Shown piece by piece: positions 34,651 through 43,295 of a stretch of DNA of 43,295 nt. Source of the DNA: Octopus bimaculoides (lineage: Eukaryota); the NCBI RefSeq assembly GCF_001194135.2, contig NC_068988.1, positions 52,938,783 through 52,982,077 on the forward strand, given 5' to 3'. Position numbers and translations under genes: made by a program. The notes under the pieces were generated by a model. It saw only the letters and a list, made by a program, of their open reading frames with translations, did not search any database and was not told where the DNA came from. Numbering within the stretch: position 1 is the stretch's first letter; each line of letters begins with the position of its first letter.

Positions 34651-35626
34651 CTAAAATAAAAAAAAAAACAGCATGGAAGACATGATATATAATGATGATG
34701 ATAATGACGATGATGATGATGATGATGAAGATGAANNNNNNNNNNAAATAAAAAAAAAAACAGCATGGAAGACATGATATATAATGATGATGATAATGTT
34801 CATGGTGATGGCAGAGATGATTGGTGGCGATGGTGATGGTGGTAATGGTGCTGGTGCTGGTGGTGGAGACGGTGGTGGTGACGATGGTGATGATTCTGTC
34901 TGCGATGCATGCTTACGACACAGTTATTATATTCCCTCATAAGACAATACCAAACCATTGCGGCCAAAAACCATTGCTGACCCATGTCCCACGACTATCT
35001 TTTACCACGTTCTATATTTTTCCACTTTCTCTCTCTCTCTTTTGGACAAAGGGTCAGCCCCACAAAATCACAGACTTCTCTTCGGCCCTGTGGCATGCAA
35101 CCAACCAACCAACCAACCAACCAACCAAACAGCCAATCAGCCAAATCCATGACCCTCTTTGTATAATTTCTGCCAGCACAGACGACCACCAGTTACCATG
35201 GACTTACTTATGTTTATATCTAATCTTTCATCTAACTGTGATTCGCTCGCACTAAAATAAACAGATGCAATTTGTGGAAAAAAAAAATTCTGAATCTCTT
35301 TGTTCTCTCAGTCAAATGATCTACTACTTCAGCTAGACAGTTTATTTCAGATATAACTTTATAAAGAAAAAAAAGAACAAAAAAAAAATCAATATACTAA
35401 CAACAGCATTATACTCATAATGACAGCGTGTTCAGGATTTGGAGGGAAAAACAATCAAACAGGCTTTTATTTCTCTGCAGTTGTTTGTTGTCTGTCTGTC
35501 TGGTGTTGTTGTTGTTGTTGTTGCCTGTCTAATGTTGTTGTTGTTGCCTGTCTAATGTTGTTGTTGTTGCATAGTGTGAAATAAACAAAAGAATTTGAAA
35601 GCAATTTATTATTATTATTACTGTTA

Positions 35627-35663
<37 letters not shown>

Positions 35664-35680
35664 CATCATCATCATCATCA

Positions 35681-35742
<62 letters not shown>

Positions 35743-36577
35743 TACATATTTATCTGTTTATTTCGCAATAATGATANNNNNNNNNNNNNNNNNNNNNNNN
35801 NNNNNNNNNNNNNNNNNNNNNNNNNNNNNNNNNNNNNNNNNNNNNNNNNNNNNNNNNNNNNNNNNNNNNNNNNNNNNNNNNNNNNNNNNNNNNNNNNNNN
35901 NNNNNNNNNNNNNNNNNNNNNNNNNNNNNNNNNNNNNNNNNNNNNNNNNNNNNNNNNNNNNNNNNNNNNNNNNNNNNNNNNNNNNNNNNNNNNNNNNNNN
36001 NNNNNNNNNNNNNNNNNNNNNNNNNNNNNNNNNNNNNNNNNNNNNNNNNNNNNNNNNNNNNNNNNNNNNNNNNNNNNNNNNNNNNNNNNNNNNNNNNNNN
36101 NNNNNNNNNNNNNNNNNNNNNNNNNNNNNNNNNNNNNNNNNNNNNNNNNNNNNNNNNNNNNNNNNNNNNNNNNNNNNNNNNNNNNNNNNNNNNNNNNNNN
36201 NNNNNNNNNNNNNNNNNNNNNNNNNNNNNNNNNNNNNNNNNNNNNNNNNNNNNNNNNNNNNNNNNNNNNNNNNNNNNNNNNNNNNNNNNNNNNNNNNNNN
36301 NNNNNNNNNNNNNNNNNNNNNNNNNNNNNNNNNNNNNNNNNNNNNNNNNNNNNNNNNNNNNNNNNNNNNNTATACACACACACACACACACATATACATA
36401 CCTATATATATACGTGTGTGTGTGTGTGTGTAAAAGTAGATGCATAATTGAATGAAAACCTTCAGCTGACACAAAGTCTGATATTTTATACCATTGAGAA
36501 CACTGCACTGAGCAGCCGTGTCATTGACTTGAAAAATACTAAACAGCTGAAATATACATGGTTTTATATAAATACAT

Positions 36578-36609
<32 letters not shown>

Positions 36610-36969
36610 TGTCATCATCATCGTCATCATCATCATCATCATCATTTGACATCCATTTTCCATGCTGGCAAGGGTTGAACAATTTGACGGGATCTGATGA
36701 GCCATAAGGCTGGACTAAGACCAAATGTCATGTTTGGCATGGTTTCTATGACTGGATGCCTCTCCTACTGGTAACCCTTTTACTGTGTGTACAGGGGTAC
36801 TTTAAAAAAATTTTTTTATGCCACCAGCACTAACAAGGTTGCCTAGTAACTTTCAAGGCAAGAAATGAAAGGAAAAGGAAAACAGAAGCCAAAAAAAAAA
36901 AAAAANNNNNNNNNNNNNNNNNNNNNNNNNNNNNNNNNNNNNNNNNNNNNNNNNNNNNNNNNNNNNNNN

Positions 36970-37510
36970 GGGGGGTGTATTTGAAAGGGAGAGGAGCGAT
37001 GGGTCTATACCAGGTGTTGAGAGGCTAGTGTGTGATGGAAGAAGCCCTAATGGCTTGTAATAGAAATATGAGACTGAGTAGTTGGAAAGCTGGAGAGAAG
37101 ACAGAAGTGTTGGTAGGGTACTGGAGCATCTTGAGTCACAGGGATCGTTCAGGTGGAGATAGAGGGGCAAAGAAGGGAGTAGAGGTAGATGTAGCGAGTG
37201 ATGGTGAGAGATACAGGAGTATCTCATACATGGGGTATGATGGTAGATGTGAGAGGGCATTTAGAAGGGTAGGAAGTAAGTGAGGTCTTAAGGATGGATT
37301 ATAGTAGAGGAGAGTAATGGCTGAAGGCAGAAAAGCAGGTGGTTGATAGAAACAGTGTGAGCAGGGATGAAAATAAGAAATGAAAGTGATTCTGAAAAGG
37401 CAGGGATGTAATATGCCTTTTCTGCTCTCAGGGATTACAGAAACTGAGTGGTACCATAGACAGAGAAGTGATGAGTATTAAGGGATGTGATATGGGGGGA
37501 GGGGGTGCTT
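36970..37510 (-). mobile_element. Pyrimidine-rich retroelement 3' region, possibly Penelope-like (end of GIY-YIG plus tail)
   Basis: C/T-rich minus strand. HITSLNTHHFSVYG...RAEKAYYI weakly resembles the end of a Penelope endonuclease. Confidence 0.35.
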
Positions 37511-37599
37511 GATCAGACAGAGAGGAGGAGAGACAAGGTTCCATACACAAAAGCATAACCAAGGTGGTTTCAGAATATCATTTCCACAGTGATGGACAG

Positions 37600-38400
37600 G
37601 TCCTAGTAAATTGCCACTCATCTCCACTTTAAGTTTCAGCATCTGGAGAACAGCCTTCATTATTTTGTCCCGTGTTTTCCTGGGATTCCCTCTTTTGCAA
37701 GTTCTATCCGTTTAAAGTGATATCAGTGATTCTTCATGCAACTGTCCTCATCCATATGCATCACAAGAGCAAACCAACACAGTTTTCCCTCTTGCATGCT
37801 ACATCTGATTCCTCTTATTTTTCTCTCAGTACCTAAGCACTTTGTCATATATGCACACTGACATTGCACATCCAGCAAAGCACACTGGCTTCATTCCTCT
37901 CTAGTCTTTACATCTCCTTTGCATTCAAGACACATGTCTCACTACCATGTAGCATTGCTGTACAGGCACAAGTATCATACAATCTACATTTCACTCAGAG
38001 GGAGACCACTTATTGCCTATAGAGATAACAGCTCCCTGAATTTTCTCTATCCCATTCTTATTCTAGCAGCTTCACTTTCTGAACACCTTCCTTCACTGCT
38101 GATTGGGTTACCTAAGTAACAGAAATTATCCACTACTTCTGTAGAGCCTCCAGGACAATTGAGAAAATTAGTTTACCAAGTATCATTAACTGACCTCTAT
38201 GATGGAACATACTTTCTCTTGTCTGCCCCTAACAATATCCAGCCTGTTATGCTTAAACTGATGGATGTTGTGATGGGAATGCCTCACGTATATTTCTTGG
38301 GTTGGTGTTTGTATATGTATTCAATAACAGGAGTATTCTTTATATTTATTCCAGGACAGTTTTTTTTTTCTCAGATGGCATTGTATATTGCTTTTGCAAT
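37600..38400 (-). mobile_element. Old RTE LINE ORF2 C-terminal fragment
   Basis: ...ARIRMG*RKFRELL...KIRGIRCSMQEGKLCWFALVMHMDEDSCMK..., homologous to 440-690 and 28570-28708, with many lesions. Confidence 0.75.
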
Positions 38401-38483
38401 AATGTTGTGTTGCATAGTTATATAGTCTTCAGTCAAATCGTCCAACCCATGCTAGCATGGAAAGCAGACGTTAAACGAAAACG

Positions 38484-38526
<43 letters not shown>

Positions 38527-38690
38527 CATATATATANNNNNNNNNNNNNNNNNNNNNNNNNNNNNNNNNNNNNNNNNNNNNNNNNNNNNNNNNNNNNNNN
38601 NNNNNNNNNNNNNNNNNNNNNNNNNNNNNNNNNNNNNNNNNNNNNNNNNNNNNNNNNNNNNATGTGTGTATGTATGTATGTATATATATA

Positions 38691-38837
38691 CCAGAGTAAG
38701 CACAAAATGTGAAACAAGGTGGTAAAAAGAGTACGCAAAGACCAGAGGTAGAGTAATATGCTTTATTTAAAACCAGCAGAAATATAACAAAAGCTTTAAC
38801 TCAGAGTTTCACATTCCCATTTGTCGGACAGGTTTTG
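38691..38837 (-). mobile_element. Penelope-like terminal fragment with a decayed hammerhead (38788-38837) and AATAAA
   Basis: Minus strand: caaaacctgt-CCGACAA-atg-ggaa-tgt-GAA-ACTC-t-GAGT-t-aaagcttttg, then AATAAA (plus 38762-38767). Confidence 0.55.
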
Positions 38838-38890
38838 TGTGTGTCATCATCATATATATATATATATATATATATACACTCACACATATA

Positions 38891-40196
38891 TTGGGTGGAG
38901 GAATAATTGATGAGTGTTTTTTTTCAAATTTAATTTAAACATAACAACTACAATGAATTGATCCATAATATACCCTATGTTGTTTTTTAAGACTTCTTCC
39001 CATCATTCAGTAAGATTTTCGGTGCCCCAGTGATAGAAATCTTCCAGTCTTGACTCAAAGAATTCATCCAATCAAACCCTCAATTCTACGTCATTCTATG
39101 ACATTATTGAATGATATACCTTCCGTGTTCAAAAATAGTTGAAAGAGATGAAAATCTGATGGTTTCAAGTCTGGAGAGTATGGAGGATGAGGCAGCACTT
39201 CCCATTCAACTTCTTGAATCGAGGCTTTGGTCATATTAGCGGTGTGAGAATGGACACTGTCGTGTTGCAGAAGTACACCATTTTGCTTATTTGGTCTTTT
39301 TGACTGAATTCCTTTGTTGAATCGGTGCAGTTGTTGAATGCAGAGCTCCACATTGAGTGTTTAGCTGCACTCAAGCAGTTCATAATAAATTATGCCTTCC
39401 CAGTCCCACCATACACACAACATGGTCTTTCAAGGATGAAGGTCTTGTTTTGCTTGCAGAGTCACTTGTTTGTCTGGGCTGACTCATTCTTTTTGCTGCT
39501 TCATATTGATGTAAAGACACCATGTTTCATCTCCAATGACAATGCCATAAAGAAAATGCTGTTTGTGACCATTTGTTGAGTGATGTCGAGCGAGCAAGCT
39601 GGTGGTGATTGTGGAGCGTTGATTTTTGTTGTTTTTGCTCAAAGTATGTGGCACCCAAGAGCCAAGTTTTTGAACCTTGCCCATTGAGTGACGGTGGTTC
39701 ATCACAGTTTTTTTTTTTTTTTTTTTTTTACCACAGTCCATCTGCTCCACCAATTCCTTGGTCATTTGATGAGGATTTTCATGATGAAGTTGATTCAATC
39801 GCTCTGCATTGAACTCAGTTGGTTGACTGGTGTGTGATCCATCCTTGAAGTCAAAATTCCAATTTTTGAAGCGTCAAAACCAACAGCAGGAGATACTTTC
39901 AAGCATTACTCATTCACCATACACAGCACAAATCTCACAAGCAGCTTTGGTGGCCTTAACATCTCAATTAAATGCGAAAAGCAAATGGTGTTGAAAATGT
40001 TCAATTTTGTCCACTTGAGATTCCATTTTAGCAATCTGAAAATACACAAAAATCAATAAAACTAAAAAAATCAAAACACCATCTTGTAGAACAAAAGTTG
40101 TCTTTTAAATAACATAAAACATTTTGCCAGTGGATTTTATTTCTACATGCATTTTTAAATTAAAATAAAACGCTCATGAACTATTCCTGAACCCAA
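38891..40196 (-). mobile_element. Full-length (1306 bp) decayed mariner transposon
   Basis: 30-bp TIRs ttgggtggaggaataattgatgagtgtttt / inverse ttgggttcaggaatagttcatgagcgtttt (25/30 identical). TA TSD at 38889-38890 and 40197-40198. Confidence 0.95.
38960..40026 (-). pseudogene. Mariner transposase pseudogene (DD34D)
   Basis: ATG at 40026 (MESQVDKIEHF...); WVPHTL, GDETW, QHD and YSPDLKPSD motifs; 34 residues between the second and third Asp; several stops and frameshifts. Confidence 0.92.
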
Positions 40197-41153
40197 TACA
40201 AACAGATATATCTGTGTGTGTGTGTGTGTGTCTGTGTGTGTGTCTGTGTGTGTTTATACATTTGTTTTGCAAGACTTCTGATATNNNNNNNNNNNNNNNN
40301 NNNNNNNNNNNNNNNNNNNNNNNNNNNNNNNNNNNNNNNNNNNNNNNNNNNNNNNNNNNNNNNNNNNNNNNNNNNNNNNNNNNNNNNNNNNNNNNNNNNN
40401 NNNNNNNNNNNNNNNNNNNNNNNNNNNNNNNNNNNNNNNNNNNNNNNNNNNNNNNNNNNNNNNNNNNNNNNNNNNNNNNNNNNNNNNNNNNNNNNNNNNN
40501 NNNNNNNNNNNNNNNNNNNNNNNNNNNNNNNNNNNNNNNNNNNNNNNNNNNNNNNNNNNNNNNNNNNNNNNNNNNNNNNNNNNNNNNNNNNNNNNNNNNN
40601 NNNNNNNNNNNNNNNNNNNNNNNNNNNNNNNNNNNNNNNNNNNNNNNNNNNNNNNNNNNNNNNNNNNNNNNNNNNNNNNNNNNNNNNNNNNNNNNNNNNN
40701 NNNNNNNNNNNNNNNNNNNNNNNNNNNNNNNNNNNNNNNNNNNNNNNNNNNNNNNNNNNNNNNNNNNNNNNNNNNNNNNNNNNNNNNNNNNNNNNNNNNN
40801 NNNNNNNNNNNNNNNNNNNNNNNNNNNNNNNNNNNNNNNNNNNNNNNNNNNNNNNNNNNNNNNNNNNNNNNNNNNNNNNNNNNNNNNNNNNNNNNNNNNN
40901 NNNNNNNNNNNNNNNNNNNNNNNNNNNNNNNNNNNNNNNNNNNNNNNNNNNNNNNNNNNNNNNNNNNNNNNNNNNNNNNNNNNNNNNNNNNNNNNNNNNN
41001 NNNNNNNNNNNNNNNNNNNNNNNNNNNNNNNNNNNNNNNNNNNNNNNNNNNNNNNNNNNNNNNNNNNNNNNNNNNNNNNNNNNNNNNNNNNNNNNNNNNN
41101 NNNNNNNNNNNNNNNNNNNNNNNNNNNNNNNNNNNNNNNNNNNNNNNNNNNNN

Positions 41154-41195
<42 letters not shown>

Positions 41196-41926
41196 TGTCT
41201 GTCTGTATGTATGCATATGCGTGAGTGCACAGGTGCAGGCATCATTGTGTAGTTTGGAAGTATGCTTCCAAACCACAAGATTTCAGGTTCAATCCTACTG
41301 CAAATATCTTCCACTATAGCCCTGGGCAGGCTGAAGATTTGTGAGTGCATGTTGTAGATGAAAACTGAAAGATGTCTGGGGTGCATAAATGTATATGTAC
41401 ATATACACATGGATGTATATATATATGCATGTGTGTATGTGAGTGTGTGTGTGTGTGTGTAAATATATATACACACACACACACACACACATATAGTCAA
41501 TTCAAGGATATCTTATCCTCATTAGGGATTAATAAATCCAAAATTTCACTGGTTTAATCTCCATCACATTAGAAGAAAATTTCTGTGATACATTATGGAT
41601 TATTATAAGAGGTAAAATTAATGATGGATTTGAATTCCTTCAAGAAAGATGTAACATTCATTATTATTAAAACAAAAACCCTGAAGAGATTCTACCTATT
41701 ACAGCTTAGATTTTTAACATTGGATTTAACCCAAATACTTTGAATTATGCATTACCAGGGGGCTAGAATCGAAACATATGTAGGTTTTTTGAGTCTTCTA
41801 TTGCGTTTTTTAAAAATTTATTTGTATTTATATCTTAAAAAACAAATCATGATGCAAACAAATTAACTATACATCCTCAAATCTCCACTTTCTTACATTA
41901 TTAATTTTACCTATAATTATAACTAT

Positions 41927-41961
<35 letters not shown>

Positions 41962-42509
41962 NNNNNNNNNNNNNNNNNNNNNNNNNNNNNNNNNNNNNNN
42001 NNNNNNNNNNNNNNNNNNNNNNNNNNNNNNNNNNNNNNNNNNNNNNNNNNNNNNNNNNNNNNNNNNNNNNNNNNNNNNNNNNNNNNNNNNNNNNNNNNNN
42101 NNNNNNNNNNNNNNNNNNNNNNNNNNNNNNNNNNNNNNNNNNNNNNNNNNNNNNNNNNNNNNNNNNNNNNNNNNNNNNNNNNNNNNNNNNNNNNNNNNNN
42201 NNNNNNNNNNNNNNNNNNNNNNNNNNNNNNNNNNNNNNNNNNNNNNNNNNNNNNNNNNNNNNNNNNNNNNNNNNNNNNNNNNNNNNNNNNNNNNNNNNNN
42301 NNNNNNNNNNNNNNNNNNNNNNNNNNNNNNNNNNNNNNNNNNNNNNNNNNNNNNNNNNNNNNNNNNNNNNNNNNNNNNNNNNNNNNNNNNNNNNNNNNNN
42401 NNNNNNNNNNNNNNNNNNNNNNNNNNNNNNNNNNNNNNNNNNNNNNNNNNNNNNNNNNNNNNNNNNNNNNNNNNNNNNNNNNNNNNNNNNNNNNNNNNNN
42501 NNNNNNNNA

Positions 42510-42825
42510 TTCTTTGGAAGCCTAGTACTTATTCTAACAGTCTCTTTTGCTGAACTGCTAAATTACGGGGACGTAAACACACCAGCATCGGTTGTCAAGC
42601 AATGCTAGGGAGACAAACACACACACACACACACACACATATACATATACATATATACGACGGGCTTCTTTCAGTTTCTGTCTACCAAATCCATTCACAA
42701 GGCTTTGGTTGGCCCGAGGCTATAGTAGAAGACACTTGCCCAAGATGCCACGCAGTGGGACTGAACCTGGAACCATGTGGTTGGTAAGCAAGCTACTTAC
42801 CACACAGCCACTCCTGCGTCTATGA
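42510..42825 (-). mobile_element. Young family A SINE, tail end lost in the gap
   Basis: Close inverse of 26967-27260. Confidence 0.85.
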
Positions 42826-42853
42826 AAATGAAAACAAAATATGTATAATATAT

Positions 42854-42924
42854 ATTAAAGGTAATGCTGTTGCTCCTTCAGAGCAATAGCATTACCTTTA
42901 ATTAGTAATCGTTGCAATTGCAAC
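42854..42924. repeat. 22-bp inverted repeat with a 5-nt loop, plus an adjacent 14-bp palindrome
   Basis: attaaaggtaatgctgttgctc-cttca-gagcaatagcattacctttaat; gttgcaattgcaac at 42911-42924. Confidence 0.9.
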
Positions 42925-42941
42925 CTTACTATATATATAAT

Positions 42942-43270
42942 GAAGGCTGATGGCTCAGTGGTTAGAACATTATGCTCACAATCATGAGGTAGTGAGTTCA
43001 ATTCTCAGACCAGGCAGTGTTCTCGAGTAAGACACTTTATTTCCTATTGCTCCAGTTCACTCAGCTGTGGAAATGAGCCATAACATCACTGGTGCCAAGC
43101 TGTATCGACCTTTGTTTTTCCTTTGGATGACATCAGTGGTGTGGAGAGGGGAGGCTGGTATGCATGGGTGACTGCTGGTCTTCCATAAACAACCTTGCCT
43201 GGACTTGTACCTTGGAAGGGAACTTTCTAGGTGCAATCCCACAATCATTCATGACTGAAGGGATTCTTTA
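42942..43270 (+). mobile_element. tRNA-derived SINE (F-like head, third tail type)
   Basis: tggctcagtggttagaac (A box), gagttcaattc (B box), and gagtaagacactttatttc...ctccagttcactcagctg shared with 9510-9660. Confidence 0.75.
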
Positions 43271-43295
43271 TTACATGCATACATACATGTATATA

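Noticed and set aside
35495-35570. 2.5 x 23-bp repeat (tgttgttgttgttgcctgtctaa)
   Set aside because: Ordinary slippage duplication within a GTT microsatellite.
36694-36725. CTGATGA-GCC-ATAA-GGC as a fourth hammerhead
   Set aside because: It is followed by TGGA rather than GAAA, has no stem III, and lies in a diverged family D tail.
9829-41500. Long ORFs of 150-440 aa in the ORF track
   Set aside because: They run through N gaps or microsatellites (poly-X, YIYI, HTHT, poly-L/T/D) and carry no coding evidence.
1-43295. A novel multi-gene, prokaryotic or viral system
   Set aside because: No operon-like ORFs, viral hallmark genes, rRNA or intact autonomous element are visible; about 16% of the window is unresolved N and cannot be assessed.

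Overview
This is non-coding, repeat-dominated eukaryotic DNA. It is AT-rich, has very dense di-, tri- and tetranucleotide microsatellites, and contains about 7 kb of N in 19 gaps that mostly abut microsatellites. The repeat repertoire (several tRNA-derived SINE families, RTE and R4/Dong LINE remnants, mariner, hAT, Tc2 and piggyBac-like MITEs, Penelope-like remnants) strongly suggests an octopus/coleoid cephalopod draft assembly; this is inferred from recalled repeat families, not from a search. I cannot support any intact, recognisable protein-coding gene. Nearly all ORF-track entries come from microsatellites, gaps or transposons, and a few unique islands have exon-like splice signals but no identifiable product. 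The only complete autonomous-type element is a decayed 1.3-kb DD34D mariner (38891-40196). SINE/LINE family letters (A, B, D, E, F, G) are my own window-local labels. The most interesting signals are small: a near-canonical type I hammerhead ribozyme (7299-7346) plus two decayed ones from apparently different Penelope-like families; two independent TSD-flanked insertions of one SINE into the tRNA head of another within 700 bp; several fold-back or palindromic structures; and a hairpin-rich tandem array in an RTE 3' UTR. I found no convincing evidence of a wholly new biological system.
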